Origin: Sneathiella glossodoripedis JCM 23214
GTDB taxonomy: Bacteria > Pseudomonadota > Alphaproteobacteria > Sneathiellales > Sneathiellaceae
Reading direction: 5' to 3'
DNA: 24,000 bases
NCBI RefSeq assembly: GCF_000616095.1
Contig: NZ_BAMS01000002.1
Location: forward strand, 462,452 to 486,451
The notes under the pieces were generated by a model. That model ran no database searches. It was not told the origin of the DNA and saw nothing but the letters and a program-made list of their open reading frames with translations. Each line of letters starts with the position of its first letter. Positions within the stretch are counted from its first letter, which is position 1. A program made the translations under genes and the position numbers. Shown piece after piece: positions 8,749-17,919 of this stretch.

Positions 8749-9183
8749 ATGAGCATGCGGGCATTTTTATTTGGAGCGTTGACCTCCGTTTTCTTTATTT
8801 CTGGAGCCATGGCAAATGATGTTACCGGCGTGTGGGAGACTGTTGAGGGAAAGAGTCACGTCGAAATCTCAGCTTGTGAAGGCAATAAATATTGCGGCAA
8901 GATTATTTGGCTAAAAGAGCCCAACACTGAAAAAGGGACGCCAAAGCTTGATATAAATAATCAGGATGAAAGTCTGCGTAATCGACCCATTGAAGGTATT
9001 CAGATACTTAAAGATCTGGAAAAAGTGAGTGAAAATGAATGGGACGATGGAACAATATATAATCCTGAAGATGGGAATACTTACAGTTCTGAAATGGTTT
9101 TGATGGATGAAAACACCTTAAATGTAAGTGGTTGCGTATTATTTATTTGCAAAGAACAAACCTGGACACGGCTTAAAGACTGA
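8749..9183 (+). CDS. small exported protein, DUF2147-like
   Basis: The 144-aa ORF has a strong SD (GAGGGAAGG) and a signal peptide (MRAFLFGALTSVFFISGAMA). The mature part begins NDVTGVWETVEGKSHVEISAC...KYCGKIIWLKEP, which resembles the DUF2147 pattern. The family call is from memory. Confidence 0.6.
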   Translation: MSMRAFLFGALTSVFFISGAMANDVTGVWETVEGKSHVEISACEGNKYCGKIIWLKEPNTEKGTPKLDINNQDESLRNRPIEGIQILKDLEKVSENEWDDGTIYNPEDGNTYSSEMVLMDENTLNVSGCVLFICKEQTWTRLKD

Positions 9184-9197
9184 ATTTTCTTCGGGGC

Positions 9198-9229
9198 CTG
9201 TCATAAATTGGTGATAATTAACGTATAAT
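9198..9229 (+). promoter_or_regulatory. candidate Pho box plus -10 element upstream of ppk
   Basis: CTGTCAT (9198-9204), AAAT, TGGTGAT (9209-9215), then 8 nt, then TATAAT (9224-9229). The first half-site matches the CTGTCAT-N4-CTGTCAT PhoB consensus exactly. The second half-site matches at only 4 of 7 positions. The geometry, with the box replacing a -35 element, fits PhoB-activated promoters. Confidence 0.3.
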
Positions 9230-9255
9230 GGAGATTAGTTGCTTCATAGATTGAA

Positions 9256-11421
9256 ATGGATCCCTTGATGAATTCACCTCAACCGGTAGACATGGATATG
9301 GATATTGCGGGTATTGATTTGACGACGGAACATCGTTTTATTAACCGCGAGCTTTCTTGGCTGTCCTTTAATGGCAGAGTGCTGGAAGAGGCTGAAAACA
9401 AGGACCATCCACTGCTTGAGCGCCTCCGTTTCTTATCAATTTCCGGATCAAATCTTGATGAATTCTACATGGTCCGCGTAGCAGGGTTGTGGGGACAGGT
9501 GAACGCCCGCATATCGACACTAAGCCCGGATGGATTGACGCCAGCCCAGAATCTGGAGCAGGTGGATGCCAAGGCGGCCGTGCTAATGGATCATCAGCAA
9601 ACAGTTTGGAAGCAACTCTTAACAGAGCTTGAGGCCGAAGGAATATCCCTTGTATCCATCGACGATCTGGACGATGAAGACAAACAATGGCTACAGACTT
9701 ATTTTGAGGAGCAGGTATTCCCCGTCTTAACGCCTATGGCCATTGACCCTTCGCATCCTTTTCCCTTTATCCAAAATCTGGGATTTGGAATGATTTTGGA
9801 GATGGAAGCCAAAAAGAAGGAGTCCAGTCTAAAAGCGCTTATTCCCCTACCTCAGGCGTTACGGCGTTTTGTGCGTCTGCCGGGCCCTCAGATCCGCTTT
9901 ATTTCACTGGAAACGATGGTTACCCTGTTTTTGGGCAAATTATTTCCAGGACATAAGGCTGTCGGCTCGGGTCTATTTCGGGTAATTCGCGATAGCGATA
10001 TTGAGGTTGAAGAAGAAGCCGAAGATCTGGTTCGGCTTTTTGAAACGGCTCTTAAACGCAGGCGCAGGGGGAGCGTAATTCGCCTGAAAGTCGACAAGGG
10101 AATGCCTGAAAACCTGATGAAATTGCTAGCGGCCGAAATTGAAACGGACCCGCGAGCGATTACTATGGTGGACGGAATCCTTGGTATTTCACAAATTTCC
10201 CAAATGATAACCGATGAACGGCCTGATCTGGTATTCAAACAGGCTGAGCCCAGGTATCCGGAACGCGTGCGGGAGGCCGGGGGAAATGTTTTTAATGCAA
10301 TCAGCATTAAAGATTTTGTCGTGCATCACCCATATGAAAGCTTTGATGTTGTGGTTCAGTTTCTGCGTCAGGCGGCTGCTGATCCGGATGTGGTGGCAAT
10401 CAAACACACTTTGTATCGGACATCGGCAGATAGTCCCATTGTAAAAGCCCTGATTGAAGCGGCGGAGGCTGGGAAGTCAGTGACAGCCCTGATTGAGCTT
10501 AAAGCGCGCTTTGATGAAGAGGCGAATATCAAATGGGCCCGTGATCTGGAACGAGCAGGCGCACAGGTCATATATGGGTTTTTGGATCTGAAAACCCACG
10601 CCAAGGTATCCGTTGTTGTTCGCAGGGAAGGGACAACACTGAAAAGTTATATGCATTTTGGTACCGGCAATTATCATCCCGTCAATGCCCGTATATATTC
10701 TGATTTATCCATGTTTACGGATGATCCGGATTTGGCCAAGGATGTGACCTTGATGTTTAATTATATTACGGGATACGCAAAACCCGTGGGTCTGTCCAAA
10801 CTCTTTCTCTCACCCTATAATCTTCGGGAATCTCTCATGGAGATGATTGACAGGGAGATCGAGTTCGCAAAAGAAAGAAAACCGGCTTCTATCTGGGCAA
10901 AACTGAATTCATTGGTTGATCCACAAATTATTGACGCCCTTTATAAAGCCTCATGTGCAGGCGTTTCCGTTCGACTGGTGGTGAGGGGAATATGCTGCTT
11001 GCGTCCGGGGGTTCCTGGCTTGTCGGAAAATATTCAGGTGCGAAGCATCATTGGTCGTTTCCTCGAACATTCACGAATGGTGTGCTTTGGAAATGGCAAG
11101 GAAATGCCGTCTGCAGATGCCAAAGTATTTTTAACTTCTGCGGATTGGATGCCCCGTAACCTTAACCGCAGGATCGAAACTCTCGTACCAGTGACCAACG
11201 AGACAATTCACCGTCAAGTACTCGACCAGATTATGGTTGCCTGTATGAAGGATAATCAGCAAACCTGGATATTAAAACCGGATGAGAGCTATCACCGGCT
11301 AACAGGGGAAAAGGATCCATTTTCCGCTCATAACTATTTTTTGACAAATCCATCTTTATCTGGACGCGGAAAAGCATTAAAGGTGGATACGCCGGTGCCG
11401 GAATTGACACCACCGACATAA
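9256..11421 (+). CDS. ppk: polyphosphate kinase 1
   Basis: The 721-aa ORF has the N-terminal PPK1 signature [36 protein letters not shown] and two PLD-like C-terminal domains ([22 protein letters not shown]). The exact start codon is uncertain because no clear SD is present. Confidence 0.95.
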   Translation: MDPLMNSPQPVDMDMDIAGIDLTTEHRFINRELSWLSFNGRVLEEAENKDHPLLERLRFLSISGSNLDEFYMVRVAGLWGQVNARISTLSPDGLTPAQNLEQVDAKAAVLMDHQQTVWKQLLTELEAEGISLVSIDDLDDEDKQWLQTYFEEQVFPVLTPMAIDPSHPFPFIQNLGFGMILEMEAKKKESSLKALIPLPQALRRFVRLPGPQIRFISLETMVTLFLGKLFPGHKAVGSGLFRVIRDSDIEVEEEAEDLVRLFETALKRRRRGSVIRLKVDKGMPENLMKLLAAEIETDPRAITMVDGILGISQISQMITDERPDLVFKQAEPRYPERVREAGGNVFNAISIKDFVVHHPYESFDVVVQFLRQAAADPDVVAIKHTLYRTSADSPIVKALIEAAEAGKSVTALIELKARFDEEANIKWARDLERAGAQVIYGFLDLKTHAKVSVVVRREGTTLKSYMHFGTGNYHPVNARIYSDLSMFTDDPDLAKDVTLMFNYITGYAKPVGLSKLFLSPYNLRESLMEMIDREIEFAKERKPASIWAKLNSLVDPQIIDALYKASCAGVSVRLVVRGICCLRPGVPGLSENIQVRSIIGRFLEHSRMVCFGNGKEMPSADAKVFLTSADWMPRNLNRRIETLVPVTNETIHRQVLDQIMVACMKDNQQTWILKPDESYHRLTGEKDPFSAHNYFLTNPSLSGRGKALKVDTPVPELTPPT

Positions 11422-11448
11422 ATCACTGGGCAGCAAGAGTAAAACCAA

Positions 11449-12974
11449 GTGCAAGATATTGTAGATAGCCGAGATCGGCGCCTGGATCCCGTTGTAGCAA
11501 CTTCGCAGAATATGACTGCTGTTATCGATATTGGTTCCAACTCAATCAGGCTTGTGGTGTTTGAAGGGCCGGTTCGCGTTCCGATGCCCAAATTTAATGA
11601 AAAAGTGCTTTGCGGGTTGGGCCGTGACCTTGGTCAATCGTCCATGTTAAATGCTGAAGCGATGGAAAAGGCGATGGCTGCGCTGCAGCGATATACGTTT
11701 CTGGTAAATCACATGGGAATTGACCGTGTAATTGTTGCCGCAACGGCTGCCGTTCGCGAAGCTGAGAACGGTGCAGAATTTGTCGCCGAAATCGAACAGG
11801 AATGTGACCTTAATGTTCAGGTTCTAAGTGGTAAACAGGAAGCCCGTTATGCCGGGCTGGGTGTTCTTTCGGGAATGCCATATGCAAACGGGCTTGTTGG
11901 CGATTTGGGCGGTGGTAGTCTGGAGCTTGTGAATGTTGGTGATCACAAGATCGGAAATACCTCTACGCTTCCATTGGGTGCTCTTCGATTGTCGCGAATG
12001 TCATTTACCAAATCAGAACTAATCAGTTATCTACACAGTCAGTTTGAAGATGTTGATTGGCTGGATAAGGTCGCCGGCAAGAATTTTTACGTTGTTGGCG
12101 GTGCATGGCGGGCTTTGGCGAAATACCATATTCGCAAAACGGGTCATCCTCTCAACATCATCCATAACTATAAACTGCCTTATGACGAGGTAATGCGTCT
12201 GATCCGTGAAATTCTTGCCTTTTCAGATCAAGACATTAACCGAAACCCCTATATCCAAAGCTCCCGAGCCGGTACTCTTAAAACGGCAGCAACAATAATG
12301 GAGCAACTGTTTCAATTCACACGACCAAAAAATGTGATTTTTTCGGCCAATGGTCTTCGTGAAGGATTGCTGTTTTCAGAGCTGAAAAAACCAGTTCGTA
12401 AAATTGATCCATTATTGGAAGCGTGCAGAAATATGGCAGCAAAGGAAGGCCGCTTTGCTGAGCATGGCGAAGAAATTTACAGTTGGTTGAGTGACGCTTT
12501 TTCCGAGCTGGGAAATAAAGGTAAACGGCTGGCACTTGCGGCAGCCACACTTTCAGACATTGCTTGGACAATGAGCCTGACTATAGGGCTCCACAAGCTT
12601 TCAGGCGTATATTTAGAGCGCCATTTAGTGGTATCGGGCACAAAGGCCGGGCGATCATCGCATTGGCCGTTTACGCCCGATATAGAGGGAGCTTTATCGG
12701 AAACGCTCCAGATGACGCTTTGGCGCTTGTGGATAACGAAGCCCGTCAGCATGCCTTGAGTCTGGGCTTAGCTCTACGACTCTCTCACTCATTAAGTGGT
12801 GGTACTCAGGGTATTCTCCCGCGAACCAAACTCATTTCCAAAGAAAATGAGATTATACTGGAAGTTCCAGATGATCTGTCTGCTCTGCTCGGAGTGCAGG
12901 TAAACAATCGACTTGCAGCATTGGCCGGTTGCCTCGGTAAATCTCACTCCATTCGGATTAGGGAAGATCTATAA
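11449..12974 (+). pseudogene. ppx: exopolyphosphatase (Ppx/GppA family), split by a 1-nt frameshift as assembled
   Basis: Track ORFs 11449..12759 and 12564..12974 are the two parts. The N-terminal part carries the Ppx/GppA motif VIDIGSNSIRLVV and reads normally to AAATLSDIAW. The shifted frame continues DNEPDYRAPQAFRRIFRAPFSGIGHKGRAIIALAVYARY..., the HD-like C-terminal domain. The junction lies at GCTTGGAC (12562-12569). The span is 1526 nt (2 mod 3), and one added G would give a 508-aa protein. Confidence 0.9.
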
Positions 12975-14108
12975 CCTGAATGTTGTTGTCTTTTATTGTG
13001 AACGCAATTTTTCCTTCTTTGAGGGCGAGGGCATCTTTTCCAAAGACCTCATATCTCCAACCATGCAAGGCAGGTACGTCAGCGTTGCTGTCCGCTGCTA
13101 TTTTTTCCAGTTCTGCTGAGTTGCAGATCAGTTTTTGAGCCACGCCGTTTTCTTCACATTTGAGTTTTAAAAGAACTTTCAGCAATTCAGTTAGTGGTCC
13201 GAGCCCTTTCACGGGAGGTTTCTTTTGCGCGACAACAGGGCAGTCCTCGTCTGGAACAGCTTGACCTTGTGCAACGGCTGCTAGTAGCCCTGCACCCATT
13301 TTTCCTTCGGCAAATTTTTTACCTATTCCGCGAACATGACTTAGTTTTTCTGCAGATTTGGGTGGATTTGATGCAATTTCGAGCAAAGCTTCGTCGCGAA
13401 GAATCCGATTGCGCGGAATATCCTGCAAATGTGCCTGATTTTCCCTCCATGCGGCAATTTCTCGCAATATTGCAAGAAATCTTGGCTTATTGTTTCTTGT
13501 CTTAATACGCTTCCAGGCATTTTCGGGAGGAATGAAATAGGTGTCCGGGTTCTCAAGTATCTTCATTTCACTTGTGAGCCAGGAGAGTCTGCCGTTTTCT
13601 TCCAAGCTGGCTGTGAGCTTTTTATAAACTGTCCTCAGATGTGTTACATCAGCCATGGCATATTCAAGCTGCCTGTCAGTCAGGGGTCTTCTGGACCAGT
13701 CCGTGAATCGGGATGATTTGTCGATGCGTGCTCCCGCCAGATGGATACAAGGGTGTCGTAGCCCACAGATTCTCCGTATCCGCAAACCATTGCCGCGACC
13801 TGTGTATCAAATATGGGCGTTGGAACATTACCGCTTAAATGATGGAAAATTTCCAAATCCTGCCGGCCCGCGTGAAAAACTTTTAACACGCTGTCATTTT
13901 GCAACAATTGATATAAAGGGTCTAAAGAGATGCCTTTTGCCAATGGGTCAATAATTGCAGATTCATCCTCAGATGCAATCTGGACCAGACACAGCTTGGG
14001 CCAGAAGGTACTTTCTCGCAGGAATTCTGTATCGATTGTGACGAAGGGATGCGATGAAAGTCGGCTGCACAGCGTTTCCAACTGGTCTGTCTGGGTGATA
14101 ATCTGCAT
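12958..14108 (-). pseudogene. rnd: ribonuclease D, split by a 1-nt frameshift as assembled
   Basis: Track ORFs 13680..14108 and 12958..13785 are the two parts. The N-terminal part has the DEDD exonuclease motifs (VTIDTEF, KVFHAGRQDLE) and reads normally to GYDTLVS. The shifted frame continues HLAGARIDKSSRFTDWSRRPLTDRQLEYAMADVTHL followed by HRDC-type sequence. The junction lies at minus-strand GTATCCATCTGG (plus-strand 13737-13748). The span is 1151 nt (2 mod 3), and one added C would give a 383-aa protein. Confidence 0.9.
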
Positions 14109-14297
14109 TATTTTCAGTTACTTTGTTCGTTGTTTTCGCAAATCTGCGGGTAAAAATTGTAAAAAATGATCAAATAGGGACGTTAGATTATTTTATTGCA
14201 TAAAGGAAGGTTGGCGTCTGCCTAAAAAGCATGTAATACAGGCCCTTTGATTCCCATTTTGGAATAAACTCCGAAAATAATCGACAAGAGAGATCTT

Positions 14298-16082
14298 ATG
14301 CATAGTTACCGTACGCACACATGTGCAGAATTGCGTGAAACAAATGTTGGTGAAACAGCCCGGTTGTCCGGCTGGGTCCATCGAAAGCGTGACCATGGCA
14401 ATTTGTTGTTTATTGATTTACGGGATCACTATGGCATTACACAATGCGTTATTGAAAATGACGTGGATATCTTTCCCGAAGTAGAAGCAGTTCGGGCTGA
14501 AAGTGTTATTACGGTCACAGGAACTGTCGTTGCCCGAAGCCAGGAAACCATTAACCCAAATCTGCCGACTGGTATGGTTGAGCTCGACATCAAGGAATTT
14601 GAACTGCAATCAGCCGCTGATGATCTTCCCATGCCGGTTTTTGGTGAGCAGGAATATCCTGAAGAAATTCGACTTCGCCACCGGTATCTTGATTTGCGGC
14701 GGGAACGTTTACACAACAATATTGTGCTGCGTTCACAGGTTATCGCTGAATTGCGTAACAGCATGCAGCAACAGGGCTTTATGGAGTTCCAGACACCGAT
14801 CCTGACCGCATCTTCTCCTGAAGGCGCGCGCGACTTTCTGGTTCCAAGTCGGATGCATCCCGGCCAGTTTTACGCCTTGCCGCAGGCCCCGCAGCAGTTC
14901 AAGCAGTTGGTTATGATGTCCGGTTTTGATCGGTATTTCCAGATTGCACCCTGCTTCCGTGATGAAGATGCACGTGCTGATCGAAGCCCCGGTGAATTCT
15001 ATCAGCTCGACATCGAAATGGCCTACGTTACGCAAGATGATGTGTTTGACGCAGTTGAGCCTGTGCTTACGAATGTTTTTCAGAAGTTTGCTGGTGACCG
15101 TAAGGTTGTAACGCCGTTTGAGCGAATTCCGTTCGATGAAGCAATGCTTAAATATGGTTCTGACAAACCGGATCTTAGAAACCCCATTCTTTTGTCGGAT
15201 GTGACCGAAATTTTCCGTGGCTCCGGATTTGGCCTGTTTGCAAAAGCAGTTGAATCAGGCTCAGTTGTACGCGCGATACCAGCTCCAGGAGCGGGAGACC
15301 GCGCCCGTAGCTTCTTTGACAAGATGAATGATTGGGCTCGCAAAGAAGGAGCGGGAGGGCTTGGTTATATCATATTTAAAGATGGTGAAGCAAAAGGCCC
15401 AATTGCAAAGAATCTGGATGATGATCGTATTCAGAAAATTAAAGATACAGCGGGCGTCGCAGACGGAGATGGTATTTTCTTCGCGTGTGATAAGGAATTG
15501 AAGGCGGCTGAGCTTGCGGGTAAAGCCCGCAATATCATTGGTGAAGATCTGGATATCTTTGAAAAAGACGTCTTTAAATTCTGCTGGGTGATTGATTTCC
15601 CCATGTTTGAATATGACGAAAAAGAAAAGAAAATTGATTTCAGTCATAATCCATTTTCCATGCCGCAGGGTGGACTAGAAGCGCTTGAAACAATGGATCC
15701 ATTGGATATCAAAGGATATCAGTATGATATCGTTTGTAATGGTATCGAACTTTCCTCTGGTGCGATCCGAAATCACCGCCCCGACATAATGGTCAAAGCT
15801 TTTGAAATAGCAGGTTACGACGCCAGTGTTGTTGAAGAGCGTTTTGGCGGTATGCTCAATGCATTCCGATATGGCGCGCCTCCGCATGGTGGGATTGCAC
15901 CGGGTGTCGACCGAATTGTAATGCTGCTCGCAAATGAGCCAAACATTCGTGAGGTTATTTTGTTCCCAATGAACCAGCAGGCTCAGGATTTGATGATGCA
16001 GGCACCAGCGCCAGTACCAGCAAAGAATCTGCGGGAATTACATATTCGCACTGTTATGCCAGAGCCAAAGCCTCAGGACTAA
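14298..16082 (+). CDS. aspS: aspartate--tRNA ligase (bacterial type)
   Basis: The 594-aa ORF has an N-terminal OB-fold anticodon-binding domain ([19 protein letters not shown]), class II motif 2 ([22 protein letters not shown]) and motif 3 ([14 protein letters not shown]). It also has the bacterial insertion domain. Confidence 0.97.
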   Translation: MHSYRTHTCAELRETNVGETARLSGWVHRKRDHGNLLFIDLRDHYGITQCVIENDVDIFPEVEAVRAESVITVTGTVVARSQETINPNLPTGMVELDIKEFELQSAADDLPMPVFGEQEYPEEIRLRHRYLDLRRERLHNNIVLRSQVIAELRNSMQQQGFMEFQTPILTASSPEGARDFLVPSRMHPGQFYALPQAPQQFKQLVMMSGFDRYFQIAPCFRDEDARADRSPGEFYQLDIEMAYVTQDDVFDAVEPVLTNVFQKFAGDRKVVTPFERIPFDEAMLKYGSDKPDLRNPILLSDVTEIFRGSGFGLFAKAVESGSVVRAIPAPGAGDRARSFFDKMNDWARKEGAGGLGYIIFKDGEAKGPIAKNLDDDRIQKIKDTAGVADGDGIFFACDKELKAAELAGKARNIIGEDLDIFEKDVFKFCWVIDFPMFEYDEKEKKIDFSHNPFSMPQGGLEALETMDPLDIKGYQYDIVCNGIELSSGAIRNHRPDIMVKAFEIAGYDASVVEERFGGMLNAFRYGAPPHGGIAPGVDRIVMLLANEPNIREVILFPMNQQAQDLMMQAPAPVPAKNLRELHIRTVMPEPKPQD

Positions 16083-16102
16083 CGCATATTCGATAAAAAG
16101 TT

Positions 16103-16130
16103 AAAAGCCCGACATTGTTCGGGCTTTTAT
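16103..16130 (+). terminator. rho-independent terminator of aspS
   Basis: A GCCCGA (16107-16112) / TCGGGC (16119-16124) stem with a 6-nt loop is flanked by AAAA upstream and TTTTAT downstream. It begins about 20 nt after the aspS stop. Confidence 0.8.
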
Positions 16131-16188
16131 TCGTCTTTTTTTAAGAATTGAGACGCTAAGGTAGTCCCTCGTCTTAGAGGGTATTAAT

Positions 16189-17867
16189 GTGACTACCGCA
16201 AAATTAAATGAACTGAGGGATGACAAGGAGAGATTTGTCGCCTTTTCCTTCGCCGCAGCGGATTTGTTGATTGAGCTGGATGCGTCTGCAAATATCTGTT
16301 TTATTTCAGGCGCTGCAAAAGGAATTACTGGCCGCGATGCGGACGATCTCATGGGGTCGCCGTTTGTCGATGTGCTTGACCCTCTTGATCGTCGTATGGT
16401 GTCTTACCTTCTTAAAAATATGAAGGAAGGGGAGCGGATAAGCCTGTTGGTGCCCGGATGGAAAATACCAATGTGTCTGCAATACTCGGTGCCTGTTCTT
16501 TACCTCGCTCACATGGACATCTTTATCTGACAATTAACGTAAGTGGCTTACCTGCCGCTCAATCCCTTTCGGTAAACAGAGATTCGGAAACAGGGTTACT
16601 AGATAAGAACGATTTTATGACCCTTGCAAAAGATCAACTGAGTCTTTCTGCTGAAACAGGACAGGATCTTGAACTTACTTTGCTGCATCTCGAAAATATA
16701 AGGGAGATGGCCAGTAATACTTCTGAAGCAGGAATGTCCGATTTTTTTGACCGAATGGGAAGTATTTTGCGGGGTTATTCCTATGGCGGAGACTCAGCCG
16801 GGCGAATTGACGGGGACAAATACGGCGTTCTACATCCAAAGTCCATGGATAGTAGTGTTCTGAAAGAAAAAGTGGAAAATTTGTCAGAGGATGTTGCCCC
16901 TGGTCATGGTGTAAAAGTCGCGTCCAGCAATGTTGATTTGGACAAAGGTCAGCTCTCTTCAGAGAATGCAAGTAATGCGCTGATGTTCGTTATCAACAGT
17001 TTTGTTAATAATGAAGGTAACGACTTTAATATAGAAAATTTGGCTGACGGTCTTCAAGGTCGAATGGAATCCACAATGAACCGGATTTCATCCCTAAAAA
17101 CAGTATTCTTGAAACATGATTTTAGTCTGGTATATCAGCCAATCGTCAATTTACTGGACGAAAGCGTCCATCATCATGAGGTGTTATGCCGTTTTAAAGA
17201 AGGTGAATCTCCGTTTGAAACAGTAACATTCGCGGAAGAGGTCGGAATTATTCTGGATCTGGATCTAGCGGTCGCAAAGAAAGCGCTCGAATATTTAAAA
17301 GGTTTCCGAAAATTGGGATCTGATATTCCGCCTCTTGCAATTAACATATCAGGACATTCAATTGAGTCAGACGCATTTATTGACTCCCTTACTCAGTTGT
17401 TTGAATTAAATAATGATGTCAGCAAAAGCGTTGGGATCGAAATTACCGAAACAACTCAGGTCAAAGATCTTAAAAGAGCCGATAGCGTTATTCAAAATTT
17501 CCGACGAAAAGGAATTCATGTTGCACTTGATGACATGGGCTCAGGATCGTCATCCTTTCAGTATATTCGTGCAATAAATACCGATTTTGTGAAAATTGAC
17601 GGGGCTTACGTGCGCGATGTCCTGAATAACGATCGTGATAAAGCAATATTAAAAAGCATGATCCGATTGTGTGCTGACCTGAAAATCGGAACAATCGCTG
17701 AAATGGTTGAAACCAAAGAACAACTTACTCTTTTAAAGAGCCTGGGCGCTGATCACGGTCAAGGATGGCTATTCGGTAAACCGGTTCCCGAAATTGTGCT
17801 GCCTAAAAAACGCCGTGCCGTGACCATGAATGTAAAACGTCAGGGTTTCAAAACCGGGTGGGCGTAA
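16189..17867 (+). pseudogene. PAS-like / degenerate GGDEF / EAL-domain c-di-GMP signalling protein, 1-nt frameshift as assembled
   Basis: Track ORFs 16189..16530 and 16458..17867 are the two parts. The start is a GTG with an AGAGGG SD. The N-terminal part is a PAS-like sensor (FVAFSFAAADLLIELDASANICFISGAAKGITGRDADDLMGSPFVDVL). The middle domain begins like a GGDEF domain (DSETGLLDKNDF) but carries RIDGDKYGV in place of GGDEF. The C-terminal EAL domain has YQPIV, EVL, AINIS, EITE, DDMGSG, KIDG, EMVET and QGW. The second-ORF frame is open upstream only from 16416, so the shift lies between 16416 and 16530, probably at the CCC run near 16453-16455. The span is 1679 nt (2 mod 3). Confidence 0.8.
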
Positions 17868-17871
17868 TAAT

Positions 17872-17905
17872 CAGCGCCTGCACATTTGGATCTGTGCAAG
17901 CGCTG
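17872..17905. terminator. hairpin between the convergent EAL gene and hutU, probable bidirectional terminator
   Basis: CAGCGCCTGCACA (17872-17884) and TGTGCAAGCGCTG (17893-17905) form a 13-bp stem with one C-A mismatch and an 8-nt loop. It lies 4 nt after the EAL-gene stop and 14 nt after the hutU stop. There is no clean U-tract, only AT-rich flanks. Confidence 0.5.
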
Positions 17906-17919
17906 ACCGTTCATTCAGA

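Noticed and set aside
14109-14297. The largest intergenic region (rnd/aspS divergent, 189 nt), examined as a possible tRNA, sRNA, repeat or mobile-element remnant
   Set aside because: It has no T-loop-like GTTCGAATC element, no cloverleaf-compatible pairing, no notable inverted or direct repeats, and only a spurious 67-aa ORF. It is most simply two divergent promoters.
2624-17867. Programmed ribosomal frameshifting or recoding as an explanation for the five split genes
   Set aside because: None of these families is known to use programmed frameshifting. The junctions share no slippery heptamer or downstream structure, and a compensating +1 shift would be needed in five unrelated contexts. 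A base-call error or a simple mutation is far more parsimonious.
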